This document shows positions 25,851 to 39,372 of a stretch of DNA of 64,000 nt, one piece after another. Where the stretch lies: positions 48,498-112,497 of the forward strand of contig MU057703.1 of assembly GCA_013265495.1 (NCBI GenBank). The letters are read 5' to 3'. Numbering within the stretch: position 1 is the stretch's first letter; every line of letters starts with the position of its first letter. The notes beneath the pieces were generated by a model. That model was given only the letters and a program-made list of their open reading frames with translations, did not search any database and was not told the origin of the DNA. A program made the position numbers and the translations under genes. The stretch is from Vicugna vicugna. Its lineage: Eukaryota.

Positions 25851-27321
25851 AGTGAATAGATTTTTATGTTACCAATTAACATTTAGAATCACATTGATGT
25901 TCTATTTTTAATGTGGTCAAGAAGTATAAAAGAAGGGTGAATATAAAGATACATTAAATCTAGGATATGGAATTTCTAAAATTCCTATTGAAAAGACTTT
26001 TTGGAATTTCAAAGAAATATGAAGTGCATAATTTTTCTGTTCTGATAGTGAATGGTCATATTGGACTGAGAGATTAGCAGTAACAATAATTCCTGCTAAC
26101 AAACTCTCTCTGTAGCTGCTTCTCAAAGGAAGCATTTGCCGCTCCGTCCCTTTATTTTCCTGTTTTTAGTAAGGTTCACGCTCTTCTGTATTTGGCATAC
26201 ATAATACCTTAAAAATTAAAGATAGACTTTCCAAGCTTCAGATATTCTAATTGAACATTTTAATAACATCTTTTTCTTTGTGTTAATCAACTTTCTAGTT
26301 TGCGAGCTATTTTTAGCACCAGTTACACTTATACCTTTGGGTCCAATTCTAATTCTCTTCACATCACAGAGGATCTCTCTGCAGCATTCTCTTTGCAATC
26401 AATCAGGGCTTTCAGGAGAGAAAGTTATGCAGCGGAGATGAGAACTGGGTCATGGCGAGCATTCTCCTTCACATAATACTGAATTCTTTTACTTCCAGGT
26501 GCAGAGATGGGTTAGATGACTACCATTTAGAGAGCACAAAAGGGACCATTAGAGTAAGGAAAAAAAAAAAAGCTTACCTCAGTAAGGTTATTTCAGACTG
26601 GCTGCATTGCTGTTTTGTTTCCAGAATGTTAACTTTACTAACAATCAAACTACTAAGCAAAATTGCTATTAAAAAAATCCTAGTCTTAAAAATGGCAAAC
26701 AGTTTCCAATGTAGCCTCCTCACACCAGCACTTCCTGCTCAGACTGCTAAAAAAGACCCAGAAAAGACTGGCAGACAACCGGCCTGAAAGATCTTCTACT
26801 TCCAGGAACTTTATAAATGTCTTTTAATTTTAAGTTTGATGGGATCTAGAATGAGGGAAATATAGTGATTTGCCCACTTTTTTAAGGGGAATAAAAAGCA
26901 AACACACCCATCTGAAAAGAATTGCAAGATCTTCCATCTTCCCCCAAACTCTATCTTTTCATTAATATTTCAGGTTCTGTGTCAACCAGAAAAAAAGAAA
27001 ATAATTTGTTTGTTACTTTCATCTTGATTTTGAAGCGGTGAGAAGGCTGTTCCTTCAGCCTTTTCTCCCCACCCCCATATTTCAAGTAAATTGGGGTGGG
27101 TTGGGTTGGTGTAGACAAGAGTCCTAAAGAATCCAGGAGGAGATTTTAATTGCATGTATGACATTAATTCATGTTAGAAAACCAGGCATGGGATGCAAGA
27201 GAATATTTCCATGTCATCAAAAGAGCTTATGAGAGGAATACCTGGAGTTTGTTAAAAAAAAAAAAAAAAGAAAGAAAAAAATTGGAGCTATTTCCTGTAA
27301 TTTTTCACATAGATGTAATTT

Positions 27322-27710
27322 ATTTTTTGTTGTTGTTATTGAAGTATAGTTAGTTACAATGTGTCAATTTCTGGTGTAATGTTTCAGTCATACATCTACA
27401 TACACATCATTGTTTTCATGTTCTTTTTCATTATAGGTTACTACAAGGTATTGAATATAGTTCCCTGTGCTCTACAGTAGAAATATGTGTATCTATTTTA
27501 TATATAGTAGTTAGTATTTGCACATCTTAAACTCCCAATTTATCCCTTCCCAATTCCCTTCCCCTGTAACCATAAGTTTTTGTTTACTATGTCTGTGAGT
27601 CTGCTTCTGTTTGGTAGATAAGTTCATTAGTGTCTTCTTTTTTCTTTTCTTTTTTTTTTCTTTTTTAAATTCCACATATGAGTGATATTATTTTTCTTTC
27701 TCTTTCTGGC
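27322..27710 (-). mobile_element. Young camelid-type L1 3' end
   Basis: 18-bp TSD ttcacat(a/g)gatgtaattt with 1 mismatch at 27304-27321 and 27711-27728. Confidence 0.9.
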
Positions 27711-28180
27711 TTCACATGGATGTAATTTCTTATTCATCTACCTACCCATCTACCTATTGAAGCAACTGGTCCTTGTTAACTTGAAAGCCTTTGGATTGCT
27801 TCTGAAAAGGAAGGGTACTAAAAACTCCAGAGGGGGGAAAAAAAAATTTCTGAATGAATTCCTAAGGAAAAAAAAAGATACCATGGAGAATGGCCTCAAA
27901 TTGCAAGAAAAGAAAAATATTTTTTGAATTTCCACAGTAAATAAATAAATATACAAATAGAAGCTTTGACTATCCTGAGACAAAACTTGAAAGAAGAAAC
28001 TGTAATGCTGGACTGGAAAGTGTGTAGATAGGGAGTCAGTTTCTGATTCTCTCCACTGTACCCATCTTCCTCTTTCCTGGCACAGAAGATAAATAATGAA
28101 ATCTTTTATGTTCTAGGGAAAAGAGCTTGACATTTGGGAAAGAAGAGAAAGAATATTTCCATGTGGCCATCAGGGAAAGG

Positions 28181-28688
28181 TGTTGTGGGAGAATAGGTTC
28201 TTGCCTTGTGTAGGAAAAAATTCAAGAGCAAGACATAGTAACGTGAAAGCAAGTTTATTTAGGGGGATACACACTCCATAGGCAGAATGCGGGCCATCTC
28301 ATAAGGCGAGAGGTGGGGGGGTTGTTTAGTTGAAAGTAAAAGTAGATACACACTCCATAGACAAAGTGTGGGAAGGAAAGAGAGAGAGACCACGGGGGTT
28401 GTGAGGTTTCATGGACTTGGTAGTTTCATACGCTAATGAGTAGGAGGATTATTCCAACTATGTTGGGGAAGGGGCAAGGATTTCAAGGAAATGTCCCCTC
28501 CCCTGCCTACTTTTTGACCTTTTATGGTCAGCCTAAGAACTATCATGGAGACTGTGGGTGTGCCGTGAGGCTCAAGGTCTACTGGATGTCGAATCTTCTG
28601 CCATCTTGGTTCTAACCAGTTGGTCCTGTTCTCAATTGCTGTGTCCTTCCCTCAATGGTTGTGCCCTGCCTCCTTCCCTCCTGTTTCA
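28181..28688 (-). mobile_element. ERV1-like solo LTR
   Basis: TG...CA termini, minus-strand AATAAA near 28254, 4-bp flanks AAGG/AAGT, and an internal repeat gatacacactccatag at 28266 and 28345. Confidence 0.75.
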
Positions 28689-29209
28689 AAGTTATTGTGC
28701 CTTTGTCCCTCTCAAGGCCAAAATCTGGTTGGGCTTGATAAATCCCTTCAAGTAGATTTGAGAACTGGGGAGCAGGAGCGCCCTGTGTCCCATCTTTTAT
28801 CTGGACTGTGATGCAGAACATCCCAGCCACAGTGGAGTAAGAATGCATACGGGGCAGTTCTAGGAAGAAAGAGACTCTTATCACTTTTCTCCTGCTCTCT
28901 GTGGGCCCAGTGTGGATGAGCGTCTTAATGATTTCCATGTCCCCTTGAAAGCGACATAGAGGAAGGTTGAAAAAGTACGGATGGCATGCCTTGGATCTGG
29001 GATGAGGGATATGTGAAGTGAACTATATTGTCCTGGCAACTGGAGAACAAGGCAGCACCATGAAATCGGCAGCAGGCAGCACAGGGGATGGATGGAGCTC
29101 ATTCAAGGCTAGCATGGATCACATAGCTTGCTGAAGGCTAACTAGGGAAGAAAACGGTCATGGTTAGATGTCAACTTTTCCTCGTGGCCTGATCATATGG
29201 AAATACCAT

Positions 29210-29720
29210 TGGCAAGAAAAAAAAAATTCTTCTACTCTTCTAAATTCTTTCGACTGGTTTAAGAATTAAATTGATATGAGTCAGGTTAATAGGAGAAAAT
29301 CACACAGAAGTTTCATAACATGTGTCCATGGGAGAGATCCAGGAAAACTAGCTCATCAAAATGTCCAAAACCCTGACCCTAAATACAATCTTCAACTAAA
29401 GGTAAAAGTGGATGTTGAGGGTATTGGTTTTTGACCTTAAAAGGAAAGAAAGCAATTCACATGCAAATGGAAAAGCAAATGTTTGGTAAACAAATGAAAC
29501 GAACGTTTACTGGTCCAAGCAGAGACAATCGGACACAGAGTAGACTCTGATCTCCAGGCCCTGCTGGGTTTCTCCCACTCTGAGCCCATGTTCTTTGTGG
29601 ATGTCTCTGGTCATAACACTCCTCCATGAACAGACCCCTCAGGCAGCTAAGGGGGGGTAAAAAGAAAGACTTTCTGAGTCTCCAGTTTCTTAAAAGTAAT
29701 CAGCCTAAGTTAATCCTCAC
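29210..29720 (-). mobile_element. ERV1 LTR, MER41-like, truncated
   Basis: aagcaaatgtttggtaaacaaatg and ttcttaaaagtaatcagcctaag motifs recalled from laurasiatherian MER41-type LTRs. Confidence 0.6.
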
Positions 29721-31659
29721 ACTTTCAAAGAGTGAATTTTATATTATATGAGCTATATCTCAATAAAGTTATCTTTAAGAAAAAAAGGATTCCTGGAAAA
29801 TTTAAAATATGAAATGTAATTTTTGTGCTATTAACAAAACCCATGGAATAGATGTCATGACTGCATCTTTGTGAAGATTGCCTAGTGTAGAAAAGTTACT
29901 AAGTGATAAAATAACAGGATATGAAAAGTCACTTTTTATGCAGTGTTTTTTGGGGAAGTATTTATTCATTATGTATGCATTCTATTGGACAATGACAATG
30001 TAAGAAACAATTTATTGTTAATGACATGCAGCAAAAAATAAAAAATGAAAAAAAAAAACAGAAACAAGGGAAGGAAGGCAAGGTCAAAAAGAAGAAATGA
30101 ATTATTTTGGAAAGAGATATAAGTCTTCTGTAAATGGTCATCCCAGACCACGTGATTATGGTGGATGATATAAATTAGCTTTCATGACATCTTTTCTTAT
30201 ATCTGTTTCCTATCGGCTATGATTCCTTTAACATATAGCTTGGCTTCTTTTCCCCTCAGTTCTTTCAAATGCTGCAGAAAAAAAAAAGTGTTGGTTTTTA
30301 ACCCCTTGACAGTTAAGTTATCAATGCAGTGAAAGAAACCTGGATCTTGCTACCACAGAAATAAAATTTGTAAAAGAGGCTTTTACTAAATCACAAAAAG
30401 GGAAACCCTAATGTGTTGTCATAATTGCTATTTGATTACAGACTAGCACTCACCAAGATTTTATGTATCAATCTATTGTATAACATTTATCAGTACCACT
30501 CAGAAATTTAGCTCCTTGAACTATTTTGCAACTTGTTGAGAAAAAAAAGTTTGCTATAGGGTATGTGGTGTGTGCTTAGTGCTACATATGTCTGGCTTAA
30601 AGAACTGTGTTTGAATTTTAAAAAGAAATTTGTGAAGTGAAATGTCAATTTCAGAGTGGTGCTATTGAGGCTGAAAAATCCAAACGTTTGAGACTTACAA
30701 ATGAAAAGACTAAAACTCTCCAACTTTGAAATCCAAGAAAGGGTCATTACAACTTATGAAATATTTTGAGAGCTACACTATAAACAGTGAAGTTTATACT
30801 CACTAGAATATTCCTTCTGAAGCAGAGGCAGAAATTTTCTTCCTGTTTTATCAGCTCTTTTCAAATGTCTGAGAAACAGAATCTCCTTTGTCTCTTAATG
30901 AAGCTGTCATGAAACCACTGTCTCAGGGATTTGGTGTTTCCCTTCCTTTATAGAACGTACTCAGCAAACTGTATCCGTGACTTGCAGATTGGTAAATTGG
31001 TATTATTATCACTGGGACATCAGTAATGTTTTGTAAAGCAACTGATTTAAGAAAATCGCAAATGTGAGAACTTAAAAAAAATCACATGGATAAGATCCAT
31101 GCATGTCTGTCTGTCTCTCTCCCCGACCAGTCCAGTGCTTCATCTGGGGGGCTCAGAAACAAAGTAGCCATGCTGGTGAGGGTGGCATTTACAACCAGGC
31201 TTCCCTTCAGTAGCAATCTGGCTAAACGTACTATCAAACGTCCGACTTGCCAAAGCAGAGACTGACGCTGCACGTAATATGCGGTATACCTCAGAGGTGC
31301 CAGAAGACGTCTGGGGACAGGTTATCACTTTTATCCCCGTCATGGTGATTTGTCCTTCCTGGAACAGACACTTATCCATAGACTCACTGAATTCTTCATT
31401 CACAATTTCAGGATTTCTCATCTTTTTTCTAACCCAATGGCTCATTTTCTAGGGGAGAGAAATAGGACAATGTGCCAAAGCCTGAGTAATTTCCTGGTTG
31501 CTCTACGTCTTTTGTTACTCCGAAGAAGATATGCTTATAAAGTAACGAAACAGCATATCGAAGACTCAATTATGGCACTTCCTTGTGAGTACCTTGTGAG
31601 GTTAAGAGGCTCTCTTGGAGAATGCGTTATAGGATTTTAAGCAGTAATTCTTGCCCTAG

Positions 31660-31800
31660 TTGGCCTTGATTGTAAGGTGCGCCATTATATTAAGTACCAT
31701 TTAGAAGAAAAGAAAAATGAATGTGCTATCAAGTAAACTCTGACTTGCAATCATTGTAAGAAGCAGGCCAATGTCAGAGACACACAAATCTTAACAAAGA
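31660..31800. mobile_element. MER104-like Tc2 DNA transposon remnant
   Basis: gattgtaaggtgcgccattat...taccatttagaagaaa...attgtaagaagca...tcagaga. Confidence 0.5.
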
Positions 31801-32786
31801 AAAAGACAAAACAGAAAAAGATGGCAAATGGTACTTTTTCTTCTACAGCCATAATATAAAAGTCAAGGAACAAAGGGGAGGAAATAAAAGTGATGCTCTA
31901 ACCTACCGCATCAGGATCTCCTTCCAAAAAACCCCTGCCATTTTAAAAAAAAAAAAAAAAACCTATTCTGACAATTTAATTATATAGACTTGTGAAAATT
32001 TTATTTCAAAGTTGTTCAAAGACTGAGACCGAGGCAGGCCAGTTTAAAGGTTTACCTCTTGCTGGTGACATTTGTAGAAAGAAAGAGTTGTTAGATACTC
32101 AAGAAAGGGCTTTCTGATTGGAGATCATTAGACTTTTGACTGACAATCAGCTGGCAGTTCAATGGTGAATGGGTGGCTAGCTTTCCAGAACAAATTTTAG
32201 GCTTATTCAAGTTCATCAAGCACATATGCAATGGTGCCTAAACAATTTCATTAGAAACGCCTTTTTTTTTTCCTTCTAAGGAGGTTGTGAAATATACATC
32301 AGATCAACTCTAAGCAATATTTTCTTCAGGTTACCAAAGGGAGAAATGCTCCCATAGGGGATATAGCAGTTACTGAATTTTAAGCTCTTCTTGCAACAAG
32401 CCAACAAAATAAAATAGAACAAGATCAAGTGGGTTGGGAGTAGAGTAACTGTATTGATTTATCTAATTACCAAAAGGAAGCACGGCTCGTTTTTCACAAC
32501 GAGGAGTATGTCTGGAGACAAGCAGATGTTTGAATTGCCTCCTTTACTGGCCTAGCTAGCGGCTTTGGTCAGATGACACATATTGACCAAATGAACATTC
32601 AAGCGAGACCATGAAGGAGCAGACAGTTCAGAACAAAGACTTGGATCAATTTACAAGCCAAAAAAAATAAGTCATCAAACAACAAGAACAAAAAACCCAG
32701 ATAAACTAAACGGCTAAGGTGTTGGGTAAAAGCAAGAGGACATGGAGTAAGTCTCATGACTACTTGTAGAAATACATCATTCCTTT

Positions 32787-32860
32787 CTATATATATATAT
32801 AAAAATACAATATAACATATAATACATATAATACATACATATATATATATATATATATAT
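32787..32860. repeat. (TA)n microsatellite region
   Basis: Directly visible. Confidence 0.9.
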
Positions 32861-32969
32861 CTACCTATTACTATTAAAAGTAATTTTTTCTCATCTTCCT
32901 TTTACTCTTTTAGGTCGGATGCATGATTGATGTTAAACTTCTAATTGAACTTACAGGCTTATAAATAAG

Positions 32970-33230
32970 AGAATAATCTAAGCTGCTGTAGTAAGAGAGT
33001 CCAAAATAAAGTGGCTTAAGATAAAAGTTTATTTTTCTCTCATGTGTTCGTCTAGGCTGTGGTCTAGGGCTGGGTGGTAGCTTGAGCCATCGCCAGGAAT
33101 TACAGCTCCTTTCATTGACAACTCTCCCGTTCCTAGAAAGCTGTCCCTGCCTGTCATGCCAAAAATAATGGAGCCCCTCGTCCATATTTCAGCCTGGAGG
33201 AAAGATGAAGGAAGAGGCAGGACAACATGT
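32970..33230 (-). mobile_element. Old MaLR LTR (MLT1J/K-like) fragment
   Basis: gctgctgta...gtggcttaa...gtttatttttctctcatgt terminal motifs. Confidence 0.5.
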
Positions 33231-33419
33231 TTAACCGGTCATTTAAGCTGAGGAAAGAGGAAACAATATCACCCAAAGACAACTCTCAGTGCTGATGAGA
33301 CTTGGATTCTTTCCTCTTGGGGAAATGATGAATGCATTTATGTCTGTTTGGCAGTGAGGGTTTTGGGTTGCCATTGCTATTGCTGAAAGTTTAAGTATCG
33401 ACAGAAATGTGTGTATAAA

Positions 33420-34170
33420 TGTTGTTCATCAAAGAAACGGATGGATACAGTGAAATGGAACTCGCATTCACTCACTTCCACTTTCTCCTAATGTGGCTTC
33501 CTACACTGCAAAGCTTGGGGTGTTCAAACGACACTTCAAAAAACTCTCTTGAGACAGAAGTTGAGGCTGAGACTTAGGCTCTGTCTATTAGATGGAAATG
33601 CCTGTGGTATGGAAGGCCGAAGTCTCCCTGTATTTGGGGGGGGGGGATGTTGCCTCTAACTGGAATAGAGGTTGGCATACATCTGTAAAGGGCTATGTTT
33701 TGTGGAATAATAAGCCAAACAGAAGCTCTGTCTCAACTCAGTTCTGCTGCCATAGTGAAAGAAGTCACAGACAAAATATCAACAGAGCAAAGTGCCTGTG
33801 TCTGCTGGCTTGAGTTGACCTGGGGAACATAAGTGGTCCAACTTAGCATCTCATTCTCTAGTCACTAAATTCATGAGTGTCAGTGAGTAATTGTGGAGAT
33901 GCTGGTCTCTTATTCTCAGAATCACAGCTGAAGTTTGGATCACAGTTTCAGGGATGGCCTCGTTTCCCCATCTTTCTAACTGGTAAAGATTGTGGTTCCT
34001 GGTGGATCAGTTGAATGGTATTGATCTGGGAGCCATTCCTGGAGGCCCAGGCTAAAGCCTGCTTTTCTACACCTTCAGTGATTTTTGTAAGCACTCAATT
34101 TCATATATTAAACCAATGTCTGCTTAAAATATATCTACAGTGGATTCTGCATCCTGCACCTGAAAACTGT
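33420..34170 (+). mobile_element. ERVL LTR33-like, interrupted by a MER58-like element at about 33667-33845
   Basis: ctgggagccattcctggaggccca...ctgcttaaaata...agtggattctg LTR33 motifs. Insert with tctgtaaagggc...caactcagttctgctgccatagtgaaag MER58A motifs. Confidence 0.55.
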
Positions 34171-35559
34171 CTGATCCAAGCTTATCTCTGTTTATCATCA
34201 AGAGACCATGACTCCCAATAGGTAACATGCCAGGAAAGAAGAGCAAAGGCCAAGGGCATTCTGGGATGTTTGCTTACCTAAAGGAGTGCCCTTCTTTTAT
34301 TTTTATTTTTTTCTCTCTCAGTGGAACACAGGGATAACACTGTGAACAGTGCATGTTGGTCTTAGTAAGAAATCTTGGCAAGGAAAGTATATGATCTGAC
34401 CTAAAACTCAACCAAAAACCCCACACTGGATAAAGGTTAAGTGTCACAAATTGAGAGCATCAAGATTTCTTTCCATTTGGACAGAAGTGCTACCAGCATC
34501 CAAGTGGACAATAAATGTCATAAAAGATATTTTGATTTATTTTTTAGCAAATTCTAGGCCTGGGTTAATTGCTCCCTATTCCAAATTAGTAAACAGAAAA
34601 TAATTTATAGATATGTTTAAAATGCTAATAATTGAAAGGTCAGTATAGTTCTGAATATTCTTTTCCATGATAAATAGAACATTGGAAATTGTTGAAGACA
34701 TCTAATTGAAGCAGATATGAATGGTAGAAACCTGGAGGTAAGAAGTGAAGACAAAGATGTGAAGGGAGACTGTAGAAGTAAAAAAAAAAAAAAGGTATAA
34801 ATAAAAATGCCAAAAGCAATCACAAAATCATAATCAATATTAAATAAGAGACCACAATAAAGTTGCAAACTATCTAATCAATGGTGTGGTGGAAAAACCA
34901 TTTTATTCCATATTTCTTCATAATATAAAGGGAAAAGATATAGTTGAAAATTAAGGGAAAATGACATCTAAGGAGGAAAGAAAAACAGAAATCCAGCCTA
35001 AGAAATGTATACATTCCAAAGGAGACTGGACATAATAAGCAATATGGTATAAAAAAATTTTTTTTCTGAGGTGAAGAAGAATCTGCATTTTTTAGACTGA
35101 ATGTGCTTGCCAAATTCCAGGCAACTGCAATGACCCATCAAAATTTAGATTTCAAACAAACAAAAAGTTAAGAAAAAAATTTACCCTAAGAGGGCTTTTC
35201 AAAACTAATGCATTTAACAACCCACATCACACAGAAATAGACCACCCCAATCAATGGTAGCACTGGCCTGGTATGGCCTTACAAGGAAGTACTGGCTTGA
35301 CAGCATCCCTGGTTATGGCAAAACGGTGTATGTTCTCATCTTTGTGTGAATTCAAAGAAAGGCATTTTTAAGTATGTGGTGTCTCAGAATACATATTGCT
35401 AAGAACAGACACTTTCCAAGAAAACTACTTGAAAGTGCTTCTTTTAAAAAAAAGGGATGAATTAAAATCAAGATTTGGTGGTGATAACTGCTATGAATTA
35501 AATATAGAGATATATAATACTTCTGTATATAGTTATATAATTAAATGCAAAACCAAGAA

Positions 35560-37025
35560 TTTTATTTTCATTTATTTAGGTGGAACTGAAGTACAATGAA
35601 GTGCACAGATTTTAAGTTTATAGCTTGATATAAATATGTATACGTCTGTGAACATAGTGAGATACAGAATGTTCTCAGCACCTTCAGTGGGTCTCCTGTG
35701 CTGCCTCACAGGTTATAGTGGTCCCTCCAGATAATAAACTTTCTGACATTTATCTTTAGTTTTCCTGTCTTTGACCTTTGTATCAAAATTCTATCTGAAA
35801 GCTTCATTCATGTTGCTGAGTAGTAATTTGCTCTTTCTAATGTCTATACTGTATGCCATTCAATCAATATAGCTATTTAACTTAATGCTACTGACAGGCA
35901 TTTGAGCTGTTTCTAGGTTTCGGTTGCTACGTTTTGGCTAACAAAGTTGTTGGAGACATTCTTGTGTATGCTTTTTGGTAGCTATCAAGTCTTTATTTCT
36001 GTTGGCTATCTGCCAATGAATGGAATGAGATTGTTAGGTCATAGAGTGTAGCTGTGATAAAACTTCATAGATATTTTTAAACAGTTTTCTAAGTGGTTGG
36101 CTCCCTTTCTGTGATGGCGAGTTTTAGGTGTCAACCTGGCTAAGTTATTATACCCAGTTTTCAATCAAATGCCAATGTAGGTGTTGCCGGGAATGTATTT
36201 TGTAGAAGGTGTTCTCATCAGGTCAATATCATCCAACCGACTCACCAGGATTTAAGAGCAAAACCGAAATTTCTTGTGGAAGATGTTTTGCCTGTGGATG
36301 GCAGCCTTAGCTCCTGTCTGAGAGTTTGCGGCTGTACGTAATGCAGAAAATTTTCAACAAGTGATTCCACCCTTTGCTCTTTTATAGTAACTTCTAATGA
36401 CAGAATTTCTTCATTTAATGAATGAAATTTTATTTGTAGATCTTTCCTTTTTGATTGGTGCTTTATGTTCAGTGTAGAATCTCTCTGTACATCAGGTCAT
36501 AAAATTATATTTTCTTCTAAAATTTTGTATTTATGTTGCACAATTAGTTTATGAATTAATTATTGTGTAGGATGTAATATGACAGTCAGTATTTTTTTCA
36601 AATGGATAGACACTTGGTCCAGCACCATTTATCAAAAATAAATCGTTTCTCCACTGACTGTCAATGACACTTTCAGTCTGATGGTACACATATGTACCTG
36701 GATTCTCTATTCTACTTCATTGGCTTATTTACTGTCCTTGTGAAACACTACGCTGTTGTGACTTTTGTAGTTTTACAGTAAGTCATGATATCTGGAATCC
36801 CTAAACCCTCTACTTACAGACTTCAATGATTGGTGTTATTTTTATTTCTTTTTATTTTATTAAGATATAATTGACATACTTGTGGGGTTTTAAGCTTCTT
36901 TTGCATTTCATATACATTTTAGAATCAATTGGTCAACTTCCACATAGACATCTGCACAAACCTGCTGATAATTTAATTGCAAGAGGACTAGATCTATAAG
37001 TCAATTTTGGGAAGACTTGACATTA
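35560..37025 (-). mobile_element. Old L1M (L1MD/L1ME-like)
   Basis: Antisense 3' UTR (aagtgcacagattttaag) and ORF2 remnants (ccagcaccatttat, ttttagaatca). Confidence 0.65.
36110..36335 (+). mobile_element. ERVL MLT2-like LTR, 5' part
   Basis: tgtgatgg...tgtcaacctggcta start and taagagcaaaac motif. Nested in the L1M. Confidence 0.65.
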
Positions 37026-37442
37026 TACCATTACAAATAAAACATTGGTGATTCCTTCAATAGATCTGTCATTCAAATGGTTACAATGGCTTATAGAAAA
37101 TAAGCACTCATTTTAAGGCATCTTTTGAAGTCACGAGTTTTGTTATCTCAGAAAGATTCTGGGCTCTTGAAAGTCAAAAGCAGTAATTTCTATCTTAAGG
37201 AAAATGTGTAATAACACAGTGAAAATGTTGTCTGATACACTTTTTTTTTCTTCAAAAGAAACTGGGACTAGAAGCATCCTATATAATTGTACTGATTTAT
37301 GGGGCTGCTACTACTAACAAATGCTTACATAGAGTTTTCTCTTTCCCTAAGTTTTTATCAGTGTAAATTTCTGCTATAGTGGCTGAGTTTCCCACAGTAA
37401 TATTAATGAAAGTTATTTAAATGGAATTTACAACAAAATAAA

Positions 37443-37645
37443 CAATGCCAAACAAAGGTCATTTCCTCTTGACTGAGAAAATGAGATGAAATTAAAATAT
37501 TCATGTCTAATGACACAAAGTTTGTAAGCAAAATATCTTAGCAATGTCAAACAAAGGTCATTTCCTCTTGACTGAGAAGATGAGATGAAATTAAAATATT
37601 CATGTTTAATGACACAAGCAAGGTTTGTAAACAAAATATCCTAGC
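37443..37645. repeat. 99-bp tandem duplication of unique sequence
   Basis: Two copies start at 37443 and 37542, differing by about 5-6 substitutions and a ~4-nt indel. Confidence 0.95.
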
Positions 37646-38041
37646 CTCTGGTGAGGGTGATTAGTGGAAGAAGCAATATGCTTTAAAGATTACAAAAATA
37701 ATTAAACTTTCATTCATGCTCTGATCAAAAGAAAATAATATCAGAGATTGTTTATCTTCACTTGACCCCAACTTCTATTCAGCATTGGAAAGATTGCTGA
37801 TGGAAACTGTCAAGTCGGAGAATATTACTTTCTAAATTTTACTTCAATATACATCCGATTTGACTCTCAGCTACCTATCGTTTCTCTGTCTGTCTGTCTG
37901 TCTATCTATCCATCTATTTTAAATTCCGTGAATGATATTTGTATCCCTGCACACAGTATGTAAATAGAACCAGCTCCTAAGATTGCTGTTAAGGAAGTAA
38001 GATTTATTTTCACTCCTGTCCTCTACTGTTCTCTTTCCTAC

Positions 38042-38571
38042 TATTAGGTAGTCAGATAAATGGGAGCACCAGGCATATAAGGTGAAGGAGGGAGAGGGTG
38101 GTCCAGAAAATGGCAGTATGCCCACCCTCAGCATAAAGTGGCTTTACTTCCTCTAAATGAGTGCTGGCAAGAAAGCAGTTAGTATCCTACAGTCATGACC
38201 TAATAGGACGTGACCCAGTACTCATTGTAATATAATTAGCATTACAGTTGAGCCCCACCCCCCACCATGGGTTCTTCTGTGTGCATCATGGGTAAGGACA
38301 TGCACAAAAGGGAACGAACGTGACTAAGCACTCCAGGGGCAAGAGCTGTCAATCAAGGGATCACCTCTAAGCAAGGGTATAAGAGAAGGGGCAAACAAAG
38401 ACCACTGCTATATGCCTTTGGATCAGCCCACCTCCAATTCTTGAAGGTGTACTTTCCTTTTGCTAATAAATTCTTTAAAGTCTACGTGCTTCTGTCCTCC
38501 ATGTGAATTCTTGTCTTTTGGAACTTTTGGAAAAGAACTGGGGTCTTTTCCCTTCCCATCTTGGGGTAACA
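38042..38571 (+). mobile_element. ERV1 solo LTR
   Basis: 530 bp with perfect 4-bp TSD CTAC (38038-38041 and 38572-38575). Starts TA (likely mutated TG) and ends CA. TATAAG at 38378 and AATAAA at 38465. Confidence 0.85.
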
Positions 38572-38749
38572 CTACCTTCCCTCTTGACTTTGACCCCCAC
38601 CTCCCATACCCTCAGAGGCCTGCACCCTGCTGCTGTCCGTCTGCTTATCACTGCTTCCCAAGGGTCAGCTAGTGGTTTCTAATGTCCATGTTTGTCTGCT
38701 TCCCACTGACACTGCAACATCCCCTTTTCCAGGCCCTTTCTCAGGTATG

Positions 38750-39080
38750 GCAGGCAGACTGAGTTCAGTGATGTGCAACCTTTAGAGGTGTAGCCCCTAA
38801 AATCTCCTCCAAGATCCCCCTTCTCTTGCTCTTCCCTTTTCTGTTAGCCAGAAGCAAAGCTTTCAGAGGAAGCCTCAGGGGCCCTGGGTGATAGTCACTT
38901 GATAAAAAGAACCTGGGTACTTAGAGGATTATGTGGGGCGGAGCAACCCCCTTCCCACTGGCTCTCCCCCTACCCGCCTCCATATTGGACCTTGATGGGA
39001 TTCAAAAGTAATTCACTACCGTGTTAAGTCATAGCACTCAGGCGTTCTTTGTAACAGAGTTAGCATATTTTGACAAACAT
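38750..39080 (+). mobile_element. MaLR MLT1I/J-like LTR
   Basis: aagaacctgggt...tgtggggcggagc...gtgttaagtca...tttgtaacagagttagc...tgacaaaca. Confidence 0.55.
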
Positions 39081-39129
39081 AGTCCCCTTATTTCATATCA
39101 TTTGTCCACTCTGCTTACCCTGTAGGACA

Positions 39130-39372
39130 CGAGTCAGGAAAACTACAAACTGTTGGATAAATACTGTTGTTGCCTGTTTTTGTACATGCCCTACAAAAAT
39201 GTTATTTTTTTTAAAAAAAGGTGTTTTTAAAGGTTTGCTTAAAGAATGAAAAGGAGGAACAGGGATAAGAGTGGGAAGAGGAGACACAATGTGCGTGCGG
39301 ATAGCATGTGCGTGCAAACCAAACATATGTACCATCTGGTCTTTTACAGAAAAAGTTTGCCAACTTCTGCTC
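39130..39372. mobile_element. MER58-like hAT remnant
   Basis: tctggtcttttacagaaaaagtttgccaacttctg terminal motif. Confidence 0.5.
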
